A stretch of 64,000 nucleotides of DNA, from the NCBI GenBank assembly GCA_040285745.1, contig JAUFOR010000008.1, positions 806,001 through 870,000 of the forward strand. The letters are read 5' to 3'. The position numbers and the translations under genes are program-made. The notes under the pieces were generated by a model. It did not search any database. It was not told the DNA's origin and saw only the letters and a program-made list of their open reading frames with translations. The DNA is from Barthelona sp. PCE. Lineage: Eukaryota. Shown piece by piece: positions 62,201 through 64,000 of the stretch (the first letter of the stretch is position 1; each line of letters begins with the position of its first letter).

Positions 62201-64000
62201 GTTAGCGGGGTTGTGTAGTGAGTTATAATACACATGACCGCCCTTAGCGTATGTATGAATGAAACCGGAGATGGTCCAATTCTGGAAAGTTGTTGTTGAA
62301 CTGATGAGATCGACATTGATCATGTTAATTTCACCACCATCAAAGATGTTGACAGTACACGAAGTTGTATACATTGAAGTAGAATTATAATAGTTCATAT
62401 ACTGATGTACCATAGTAGCGCTACTACAATAAGTGTAATCAACAAGCATTTCGTTATAAATACCGTGGATGTAACAACTAGAATGTGACAAACATTTGTA
62501 TTCGTCCATGTAAGCATTTCTAGCCTTAAGATTCAACCTCGAGTAGGCTGTTGTATTAACATAACTCAGATACATTGAATCCGTACTGTATTGATGAGTA
62601 GAACGTACAGTCACAATCTCATCACCATGGAAATCAAAGCCCTCATTCTCAAACAGGAATGTTGTGTATGTCAGATCAATCTTTTCGTTGTAGAAATCAT
62701 CAGTCTTGATATCTACAGACGTACCATGTTGATAAGTACCTGATGTCTTGAAGTGAGGAATTGAGGTATTACGTGAGTCAATTACAACAGCGTTCACTCT
62801 GGATGTGAAAAGGTAATCCTTGAAGTACAACTCACCAACACCATCGAAATGGAGCGTTGTGGAATGGTCAATTTCAAGACTAACCAGATCAATAACACCG
62901 GCCAATGAAACGTCAACAAGTAGCATTTGTGCACTGGAACCAACAGTGACACTGGAGTTAAAAAGAGTGTTCCCAGAACCACCACAGTTTGTCATATGGA
63001 AACGTGCGCTGTCACCAACATCAATTGTTCCAAAGAAGGATATATCCTTATTGACAGCAGAATTAGTGATAAAAACATCACCGCCTGCTAACAATTCAAA
63101 GTTGTTAAATGTCAAGACACCGACAACCTCAGTTGCCGTCAAGACACCTGAACTGCGGAAGTAAGTGAGCTCAAGGTTGGGATGTAGCGGCTTTTCGATG
63201 GTTACAATGGAGTTACCATGAGTCATGTCCAAGTACTTGAAGAGCATGTATGCGTCTTCATGAACATGAATCTTACCACTAGGAACTTCATGATGGGGAA
63301 CACAGTAAAACGCACCATAAACGTCAAGGTTGAAACCAGCAATGTATTCAGGAACAGTATTAGAAGCATTCAACGTTGCACTTTGAAGGATTGTAAAATC
63401 ATTTCGATGCATGAAGGTCATCTCTGTAGTGTTATCAAAAGTCCAATCATGATATATCGAGGTCACGTAGTTGAAAATAATTGAAGTATTAACACCGATT
63501 TGAGTGGACTCATTGGCACTAAAACTACGACCCACATTCAACGTCCAGTTGAAGTTAAATGTGCAATCGTCACCCGTGAGTGTTGCAATTCCAACATCAA
63601 GGATGGGATGAATGTAATTGTAGTAATGATGTGAATCAGGAATGAGTGTTACGTTACCATTCAACAGAAGACCATCCTTGAAGAATGTCTCACCTGTGAT
63701 GTTCAATGATGATTTAGTAACAGCGGTTATCTCTGCATCCTCGACAATACAATCTCCTTCAATACGAACGTGGGTACCGTTGTGGTAATTAGACAACACC
63801 TTTGGCTGGCGGGTAGCAATACGGCATGTATCAGCATCCTTGACTGTAACATCAGGGTGAATATAACCTGATGTCCACTCGAAAATGTTGTAAGCAATAA
63901 CATCATCAGTACCGAGCAACACTGAGCCTTCGTGCATTTCAAAGTGATCAACAACCAGGGTGTGACCGGTGTTTGCAACAACCGTAGCTCCGAAAAGCAC
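35252..64000 (-). CDS. giant (>9,580 aa, 5'-truncated) beta-solenoid surface protein with Cys-rich repeats and ~9-TM C-terminal domain
   Basis: Single stop-free frame of 28.7 kb; the GTG at 64000 is just the window edge. Approximate domains: solenoid 39460-64000, passenger-cap-like 39160-39460, Pmp/pectin-lyase-like 37380-39070, Ig-like 37090-37330, GCC2/GCC3-like Cys repeats 36480-37075, TMs 35470-36475. Confidence 0.93.
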   Translation of the reverse strand: MLFGATVVANTGHTLVVDHFEMHEGSVLLGTDDVIAYNIFEWTSGYIHPDVTVKDADTCRIATRQPKVLSNYHNGTHVRIEGDCIVEDAEITAVTKSSLNITGETFFKDGLLLNGNVTLIPDSHHYYNYIHPILDVGIATLTGDDCTFNFNWTLNVGRSFSANESTQIGVNTSIIFNYVTSIYHDWTFDNTTEMTFMHRNDFTILQSATLNASNTVPEYIAGFNLDVYGAFYCVPHHEVPSGKIHVHEDAYMLFKYLDMTHGNSIVTIEKPLHPNLELTYFRSSGVLTATEVVGVLTFNNFELLAGGDVFITNSAVNKDISFFGTIDVGDSARFHMTNCGGSGNTLFNSSVTVGSSAQMLLVDVSLAGVIDLVSLEIDHSTTLHFDGVGELYFKDYLFTSRVNAVVIDSRNTSIPHFKTSGTYQHGTSVDIKTDDFYNEKIDLTYTTFLFENEGFDFHGDEIVTVRSTHQYSTDSMYLSYVNTTAYSRLNLKARNAYMDEYKCLSHSSCYIHGIYNEMLVDYTYCSSATMVHQYMNYYNSTSMYTTSCTVNIFDGGEINMINVDLISSTTTFQNWTISGFIHTYAKGGHVYYNSLHNPANMDTVYIEGTGHFHSSIDNGLVQPINKNFTVVGAAVFGGATCWYPLHMNFLYGTLDTSSCFNATNLRMETTGYKRLQANSIGTVNTWGYHNEGTLQGYSDAHFRVDNNAYFMHMNDLNIVYQSGIPYFEVYGHLHKINGTGNTTVSWHYVIDNDGRHQIDAGWYLLLTRGGTCQRGFIDMMADTVIMNVRSIFHIKSNCTINGSTDAHLYMEGRDSVQFITGHVCISRTWKYIWNGLLYVQPGANLCIETFYGRYGKAIFAGEINLHTDLHFAVRWYNMELRDIQWHFDYIAVFDSHVMFDSETAVPSNGFSNTSLIRANDTMVLPINQLIMYSGVIAGSDQLEVNYFEWMQGQVGIIMHVLQGHIHTVQEHNLYGILGHLIVYHEVNFTSGIMYMGCGTSITVAESGLLRFVDVPRINTNYFYELCTDRALHPIITNNGTIVKGARSMLTYVQADYIDHGQLIVEESAELRFQLGQAHIYNQVFVDTAGVLGVGHTAYMVGHNESEFHGPGELLCRRTTSHIVFEGLYELNAHFQQYTGYFNFTVDSLYDIENITMRLSSNVHVEGDKYTPNVNFTSISLTNSALLYFHTVRRFLDVHTFYQASSSKMYVDNCLDSVYFEDYNQVAGFTQFQNISGFFKVWKGGMKVHGTTNIYGLEDIFEVWSLYITGVLNLPYSKGFWVHTGFDIINGNMNMDHIGGIFRVGWMTCKDTSSPYSSGFAVNQVDDSILFDDKLDTQRCVMYFGNVEGNWTVNGYYKQVSGSFSSNYIRKDLYFNQTVWVSGGHTIGVVNGSYIVEGVSVYDAGTWLIGIIEGDILFNDQMTGRVGILKFNEVGGNTNFLKEFIFSNSGGFQILDHADDYVRFHKAISSCGHSYFYNINNTVIFDDDITLCSGTTGYFKVINPVGRIDFPNPVNFDGRLQIHNPSDCLRFHDEYLSSSNVLLSNIPCTIFFDKSLVSTGGTIGISDVVGNITVKNYMTTGSSNTVSNLIGGVHVGKNLTVTGGTSTWSDINGNLTVGMDYISTGGSSSWFRLDWVYVPHNFYTAGMTRFSTLNDFHIVYDIEVTKASTGKLWVENLSNDFYCRTHLYVNGILYVNNVEGWFHVTEGAIFNSKSSSILNVRDEVIFYDTFDMSSASLNINTVGKLVDWMKYVSLGSSTLTVQNIAQRVKVFHNAALVSSTFTMNTVGEIAQIVKQTQMSSSTLQFLNIADYVTTEYIDGSGTVVMTTIGGNFTTQYIHLNGKIQVNSVQQKFEIDEDLILSNGMSYILNVNGNVDMYSGVYLMGAAGLTVGNVASHFHSPIWHQQKVQKDSNVYNIPDVQLGWIYTEGNLAIYDVDSLIAANLTHLSGQTTFSRIGVWDLPILYSGKMDSASSRVTLNDFSSKVEFTQFSPRGGDIYLQNFNLNLTIPEFNFASGTVHMQAFGQNQYLPEVLMTGSSATLYLSTQTGAANLFTIEVFTQEAGTRGGIDTVHILTSYRWSCGSLTGGYTINKNSFVSDSSCTKQIYYSSSASCSSSADRVSFVNDADAVFTESFVVNGGNRAFFHNSPSGTVTFEKDVQMLPRSNNCYNCKPLVQLQGVVQFIATAVFNVQWKLYTYPSTPFDFTGLSNMDWTLGAEGAYIDNVVEFCDTCDLYLAPTINCGSNEFYFEDNCELQGIESSMYITNSYIDAYFKAGSVYNMSSTIAYSAGGLNFESGSFHSIDDITVSSDNAYINMVGSEYHKHEDWNVSMSCTGSTVCDIRAIPQDAYFNTMYCNHATVRFYSMANTFHIDDGDATNSCSLDFNSFTAQGLTFDDLRQVSSNVYFRTGHDVFGDFYSMDGSSSDRYGGDKVMGNHVKWLQGNMRDGQTIGTGSLELAVDNPSDIRRIYTPASVVSAGAGQVTGGDAQLWIDRGAEFRIEPGASLELSSDLTCLCESNCVGSEFNNYGSLSLNPGATLDIYGPFDNTGGNVTTGHNARVNYHYAQNIRGDWMFGEDSLLMLYGSSSNPRTYTISSDAVLEGGDGSRIDLSSKYTNLNYYGTYHMGDVITHNDGTWRFLEGSKAHIREIYVTGGLLELYKTEPLILEGQIEAEWLLDAVVVEEPGVLKMDVIEHVIAMKTYEQYGGYTLFNDIEKLKEINVVLIYGGTCEFNTGVEVNLKKLGVYGGWRVGPDKIITEELDIDAGGFIGPSETHVTRKLSVSDFRDKHLMKYAHVINNGTESIWRGRGVLYACPEINFINNGVLKVTQSLTMSQYFTNTSDCAISYYANGRRATFINNGEIIAGAAGVSKLDFVFDGTNPDGIVKLLKSEMQFGYGGQYNGDLEVHSGASASFTIPEKSDDPLASSYRVFTFNSDSYIYSNFSNGMPYPAVFMLRHADVYVNVYGTFNMSEGIAITEGTLNFRDGSYLYAKNGTVNGMYSPVSDTYSGNLLFGEVANGVNLSFLEIVGGHCRFATGGNADIGILSFSDGLVESMTGDNVKITQSLVWSGGIFSEAGAFTVENDAQIVGAKAKSLENGFMLRLDGNTLWNAAGHIKVLDGSSIYNSETGNLTFDGGVNIYSSDSLLGDIKQEPVFFDNFLFSCPVADTTSDLFIPPYLMDTCFEACPYHWNNTHRNEARANDDPRGDCEFVCGYAMSTSCHHHCTEGRVGNCYFHPNATIEDHWILLGVTNGDYQFTYKDVFVNFPYIVPVVNNEDDDDVNEYIPPLPTNELDVEDYQVGALGVFMNEGYITNSNATAKVEFDVVFVSSGEHSEVDFDLDINGKIIFHKGAQINGSITLGSTSTMVFKSKDYVSYLYNGSMIHGGGDVYVGEMSKVIFEGGVNFTGSVITYGVSIFQGAFHIIMPISIMVYGDERVGHLPLLGEVQILTLHDPVVFDYVMIENGGQLVAGSSHNVVIDLLELLNGEIVGPNSADPDPIDVNHFVWRKGLLGNNCIINSYSSNFITPPGSSETEIQKIMEKGSTFHNMGGFASKPDDSGSAVDPSIIFGFENSTIVNDQNATMTIRSLMNIWYVGQSQDTLEVAKFINYGVLELDTQARLFLDYEFIHHGYLKLRQADFTTTRGGYATEQGVIELSTHGAWTIGACRVLLSSTLTCLNTTFMGMVDSSVILGSSLTLESNAKLEIYGNVTIGTRTRKAEINGEGSVVIEDGAYVEPLAVFDLFADMFINDVNNTDVDMYVVQISAGQLAFNTGRTQSVRNFIFKGGKRGGTDVVEVTEVGDFRDGGLIGNGTTVAVGQTFVRVEGIFEIANSSLEMPKRVDRFTSLAPSLRVWGGSGGVMHSYGDNYITGDFFSVMDPLLNDADFVDAVLFNHGNLSINVPRSAVAIGLRYTGDYDSVFNTTNFGVFSPGDRYPDPCFGGGYPFFEPDVHFLHGADGNGTIFLMDGSVSLWNDETELDFNSSLIGKRSFLKVGGFDQFHCAYSGWEFRRKHLLSSRGFVCLEECTLQGAGRFTMLPNSSFCEETSLEIEVNVTFEANLTLKAITINANFCLTETLTVREFIWKGGDLQCGGTIRVLEHGLLTGPKKKRLVQGTSIWNSGETILDADTWIGADSGSRIYNDFNGTFSLRSNSTLYLHPDVNTTLGDEKPVFINEGEMLVNEGGVAQIDWDIVQRDIGETIIGRASILTLNTTANFSGLVTIEDASSSLELLEDTYFIGNGSLLMDKAFFSLQNPDSSIIFQSSGFIDATDDTDFTHLTGQLVVDSGDFSIKMPVLKAKGSDSKVIFKRVQCPMVIDAVEVSDGAELYLNTGCPVTYVQELYLNNGYRSGNDYVVVNKTFEWNRGGLKDNGTTTISEHCEFEGRGHTVMEDNSIFRLKEGSTAVMIDGSLTGIGSPQVINEGELEVRNGWSMLPSENSTLYNINSGRIFKKSSGTNRIHWPTINNGTFYNNGGTLELGYGPFECADGGILSSDRFMTLGSADAVDTLHIGDGCLINGTGEFNVENNVFMDGGRVETEDCFNILDDHGRFVVVNGTVVDLYVCTMRGYLELNNVDFSSLMVERMSNGTIIINNSTAEFIKIDEMSNKYSNDNLTVLFNNTEIDRFYGTDLMEGDITFANNVTVSQVEYMYIHQPKNHRSAVNFNCEEGYMNFQEATIKQNGGTFTLHDECKSRFSNTTIDIWDGVFTVLDDAVEDQDAHIKFIEATGGFVNISDMSQFTVDQLDIYYYAKVCIYNSSITIIDWQGGYLCGLFHTDNVTVHRSDYPARLMEDAELHVAEYYEHTYGNLYGYDNAMLHCERTATCVVRPHGSGMYASSGTPLFFNEGDLEFRGEFSGSDVPINWKLNSTGDMVVNVGDVYLNGGGEVYANGTTRLIDPDSSIHYRDNPFLYNEESLLFSNGTLYLDENDSHLTVKGDLIVCDPGKIYIENGGLFVYGANVTCAETEWHGGEIDFEPTVTGDRLLFPIIDDDLVDVDDVKNLTEIWVGTIINDGKFTFDRGDTDLLHVDTIYYGDVEIGEKTYIDDMHINTVRNGHVLFKNGSNVKQLTNITVVHSNGLVKFENGSDVNWNDGYLTMTSGATIFGADADVDADCLHVVLSGNSKLIIEAGGISENVTFCYLELRDQATIDIRDPNINVTIMDYQMHDQANFTSASPVDIWGPVYIYGGYIGGGTTWYIHPDVHVRHWLTNDFEFGPNVYIRNHGYWNTGRGSGIGRWIYGPGSRFVNYRDVHFYDPKRISLIHRGYPSGRFINRRYVNVSGHSNPDYWPDFNITVENYGDFDINGPGVMISHNYTNWYGGRINIGPNSTFWHCGGDFGNWGDIYGRDGGDQHIFIRHRPGYPTPNWRQYPGGRTEFPGTIVVDNDGRSTWDQGSSVRNVTVWRCGYPGYIYIDGDVPGFNARDTTGRIEFGPHSTLPDVKQIHISDYPGYVYVHPGAEIGTTNETIIDITDGEIYIAPDADFRLLNPDIFLRGNASFTYRTSTSPGDSWIRDIYIYDDAVFRSDLGRNLNVRDIYMYDRAHLYGDDEIHVTRNWYHYGGSVHGPNGVRIIDGGRYYIMGDTIKNFTDGSHVWINSGGNGYYQGGNVHGCNAYFYVLDGGAFYFNNTADSTGFYSCSTNSPSFENSGVIRHLADGPTDFDWDWTNTDTGYWYMDNGEIDMRGTNINYNHWYLHPGTKTRIYGYNTISDNGFINGGGDLYNVYGDTFDVYGDIDMEGMIYSRNGSLVRFLNPSFDKKNVRVTTLDNGHVEFENAGIDNLWAYGYGDNSTIKAFGGTTINNVHHWMCRSNAEMHMMSTVGNTYFRNGSVAELEDYCRQYYERDANVFIDQSELVLRDKARYYGYDTDTGSEWRYNYVTMYDDSHLNLYQTSIPHIRWWTMHNGTSGGGSHIYVHDDFNWRSGMLQNGTVSVLGNLGSNVTNGNIYMGDNQIIHINGTGIIKNNVNVHSTQPTSKIYIPNGGNLELWNSRFLTDGDFSTDFYNYGTLRFNGSAQNTYMGHKLHNMGNIIGGGGSKFYVDGDMISYEDIELPHDSIIYIRSPTEFDSTNRYNVPSGTGRIHIMNDGELDNHGFINGSIHVADGNFTMHPQHVGDRVFIKNIHNDAKTFCLDGAETDDLDLIVNYGVYIAENGCLVNNYSSIEIFRGNATFMPGSNSVFDNTDMKTTHGDAVFDLRSGSNWRGNDVSLRQSGGWVYFGDSLIGADPYHFSDIRLDDGELIINETTGVIPHITYLDHRDGNIQGDSDLNIDNYDWYSGTLEHPSTTNVTNLRLLSTAHKYLYDQQRLVVWNNTEFLGGTLHGGERVKFINNGVMNVLSTGNMVSDVPIANATDLWPLLVNNHTLIMDAPSKNMLVQWELNNLENDLINVTNGNLKVGAPVASWSDGEIYIAEPAKYVTNADFVLRQPSLTHGPGVFHVDNPVLPVSITNVTAYGLYNVTGVTHVEELMNFECPSIIEHINAYVDGGVLNFNECVITKFVEVDDVISNGEINFLTDTNVLDMGTVNISRGDINFWNGSNINMFNHTRFNIYGNNGNLNFRNNTNINEDHPVLNVESGNVLFEPEFHGDEFKFGTIIVDSPADSEAYLNMHNSQPISTRTFNLTHGTRRGPGTLIAHDRFNWHAGVLEDEAITETRKMMYIDGEAPMYLLKNHTIHNYGDTNFPVGTINAGDYTSIINHPYSTFRVGGGGAINPTSSAVGEKLPFIYVHVNATLVKDGDPSRFRLLPALYNEGTMRVDTGALAIGTNSWSNGTTIIGNDTVLELDGLFWFKPSSYVEGIGEMHLPSATSNVTVQALYNQTGDVVVKDGDMWFLPPASIDYMSLRNLGGDVHFLNGTHVPFMRIPEVSDGNVYFYNGSLVEQIGQLYEWGTGSVEFQPGSNITMSDADISLTDESVLLVQPNSFVVFNESDLYVDDDAHFFLEDGDDIDARFQNCTVLGGVLSLDINNDVRCINLTMLGGIRQGSSTLNVSDHMVLNGGTLRDGSDTRALSNLVIDADNGVEPHVSLQDGHRLYNHDNGLWDSGKVYGDTDAHIYNMPSATLNISSTSEYLKNSSATGMPVLLNNGTINKHDVDPFVSTVDFVNNPSGTVNVLNGTFAVGGITHTFGVWNTETDAKTIVNDGTFILDGVNTIMGNGSVLVKHPNSLVFADGSIIQTGPWIVEDGKLFFNGTNMKADEIELHSLGGETLFKDCVVHNLSLPVESGGSVTFDDNSTVHNVDVIKQSGDNTITMLPNAALNLTDTVITMADDATVTLTDGGSADIKETDLTVEDNAVFEMQPNSGGTCDFDHVTIDGGRVIFNDTDCNIRTMDVLSGSREGLANITVTEQLLLSGGELRDPSATVSTGDLKFNCTDVPLLANGHILQNSGLSNWTTGVVRAEPSTTLLNDGELHISGDSRFSSVDYNNQPLFMNDGDLYKNGPSEYHMFADFDNTPNGKVNVSQGSLRMQGSSVNNGDWYVDSDASTTFTDAIAEFKPPSKFHGPGYVSFENGSVGYGDSIFHITGNMHVEDSEVYMNGSSLSLPFINLTIDSGLFELSKGDVDIMSVAQEGGLVNITGDPVVNTVPAITVDGGSFIIEEDADVTLDGYVTVNDGEFNTTGNGKTCFRNGDLYINGGVVTLSDESLCLTPEIDNLVQTGGEFNLDDDVFVNTWNFSDGLRRGAGNTTVRTIYDQSGGVVDGPSLNIIEGDTLLHDGDLKWVDPIFRINNGEIRDAQVDVENITISVNPSKTLILNGNTNVSDISTDSKVINEGTVLANNTDNVFDINFDNNNKLTVNPSSNLLVRRNTVLDGVNQLNGDLNNVGNATVKGTTFINGGKLMNSDAGDAVVDGIISMSNNGSFHALDNSNTLLTEDTTLSNPNIVVNNNSYVESECGCSFNGAVDIDLNDGEVMLRGAVDTLHLNQIGGHINMTDCFDCVLMNGLFNNGTAIVNDGSNVQDIGNFNVDGGFLTIAYNAVVDFTDDSFTVSNGTLLIQKGSLTRFHSTDVKVDGGSLIIEPDSLDSASINTIEMTNGLIDAMNNLVISEADMSCGELRSNTTVVLSDLKLRGGLINIHNLLVDNVMINSTENCIATLGEEFMLKPSNALDLVNDTHLHMQNGSSIVVDPTITAELLDGVTATSEDDAKIMWNKPLQASGVEINMDVEFVTPGPVYVMNNTDMSIGAINITEDMRFIVGSGVLSVSEPYVLDTGSIEGTGYLNASISLVNSTITPHSVVRMNAIEFDEDSLFYVSVINGTHYDRLIVNQDATLNGTFYLDFGLTASFERGVKFFFIDSGNLTGTFNDTRGDCLANFDFKYTNWQFYGEIGRTVAQALGINVHMSLDGFDNICCGDPDSPCRTISGALARASQGDFIIIHPGEYTGEDYIPMQLDGDYSASLIAADPSDRPIINCDGKGIGIAYTNANGIPNENGTMVYPHVSNINVANCTRHALYVQDASISIENVTFSDNSGVAGSGMYAAQSNASLENVDFNNHNALLTGAVLSSYISSIGLNNVSVRNASANTYGAVFSLVESDIELDNVSVDGITAPEAALLYGDHSKINGPIDVSNIEAVENALLSVQSSDVDLEFTNSDHMNVTSPTGKVHSLFGIVASDVALNKLKTSSPQELDHIGTIDNSDVSLTDVEHDGDVKGGIVISQSDVDVDTLSFPGPNQTPLKQPLLVVTDDSVLTANDVSFDGGDALNVAPALLHVSGNSTADVANVTIENVRSTTPGGVVSAVDYNDLRVSNFTFNDVNSEESGGCMYLVPSSGSSTSIENGCVTGASANDLGGCLCIEEAEEAPIAISNVAMNDTTASLGGAIAQISPDVLDDGFDGNSSFLTPSTLNTTAESVVYDNVTIDNSHADIAGGGIFTNTAELPSLDNVTFANVSANIFGDDIATNPRMIRVDRVFEPQDSDDPTIDPPKSLHFSIVDAFNNTISLDNNRDVTLVPSSNKFALRGNLTAPTKEGVSAFEGISVVGGPNTYDVFAVSEGLEPAVAQLTKRLCPAGEGFEAGTCQQCSPGYYSDAPGIGPCSQCADGMWTYSYGSLECSPCPIGTYKNASTENGCSSCGTYAVASHLASPRCEQCPLNMMASEDGSTCICQGNLFPLYSEGSIKCDVCPDGLICFGSEFCVEPGYWMNRDGTVIKCQTEGCPGNCTIDVRDNQNTTNIDQCSDGFTGIQCTECEAGRAYLSPACAECPDRWVTIVILLVFAGIYVGLGLFIANDVLNQLQNLGAVKTLWRFLQMLASIRMTCGYFFPQFFQWIVYFFDTLTLDIAKRNLWKCIFGQVPLYDGAVVALSYIPILFGVAKAFGALKKKFKKRTIDIGTFVSTFVSYIGLLTVPAIIHILSTAIPCRQITDDYAISPDPSLQCYTSEWTQMIIGAVLALVAWATWQVVMLVKRKRTISLDSADSKKATDIQSVSEILTAPYKSNSYVFESLEQIICIGIVAGLFFLERESVLQSVVGMLLSCTGLLIQSFSQNFADQKVNNLQNLYYMTLMVIFFYGFILAASPESSDQSTTAAWVMALLVGGVVLYSIIQNINIAVKRMLYGSNKKKFYGNGFRPNNLLNPLVSIRNSHSSNIPSFGELDQMEFGEDFSQFSQGNFLDY
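40950..48550 (-). repeat. degenerate ~1.06-kb (~355 aa) tandem protein repeats within the giant ORF
   Basis: The anchor motif (G-x-R-x-G...F-x-W-x-x-G-x-L type) recurs near 48475, 47365, 46285, 45225, 44135, 43075, 42010 and 40990. Confidence 0.8.
57900..60400 (-). repeat. ~21-22 aa beta-helix coil repeats within the giant ORF
   Basis: Examples: SSASLNINTVGKLVDWMKYVSL / GSSTLTVQNIAQRVKVFHNAAL / VSSTFTMNTVGEIAQIVKQTQM. Confidence 0.7.

Noticed and set aside
36187-63981. Dozens of 60-230-aa ORFs overlapping the giant gene, and similar ones over MetRS and other genes
   Set aside because: Alternate-frame or antisense by-products of codon bias, with no protein-like motifs.

Overview
This window is eukaryotic nuclear DNA from a very compact, almost intron-free genome. 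The host is a flagellated protist (CFAP206, alpha-tubulin, ARPC2); a metamonad/excavate affinity is only an inference. It uses the standard code, with TAA, TAG and TGA all acting as stops. The first 35 kb holds about 26 tightly packed genes with minimal spacers and abutting or overlapping convergent stop codons. They include a TFIIB-like factor, ARPC2, an NCoR-like SANT protein, CFAP206, GST-MetRS, a CDF zinc transporter, alpha-tubulin (one 89-nt intron), ELYS-like, BRCT, Bfr2/AATF, NDR kinase, archease, DBP7, ZNF207, a 7TM protein, importin-alpha-like, CEPT-like and EFM7. The last 28.7 kb is one uninterrupted minus-strand ORF of more than 9,580 aa that runs off the window. It encodes a giant beta-solenoid surface protein with autotransporter-like repeats, a Pmp/pectin-lyase-like helix, Cys-rich repeats and a ~9-TM anchor. 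The main leads are: (1) this giant protein; (2) a Ser/Thr kinase fused to a sensor-less, receiver-less histidine-kinase module; (3) archease and DBP7 lying in one frame, separated by a single TGA followed by a long stem-loop (readthrough candidate); (4) alpha-tubulin with natural Q40 and a non-Tyr C-terminus; (5) recurrent nested hairpins in the longer spacers and in the intron. All family calls are motif recognition by eye; no database searches or folding programs were run.
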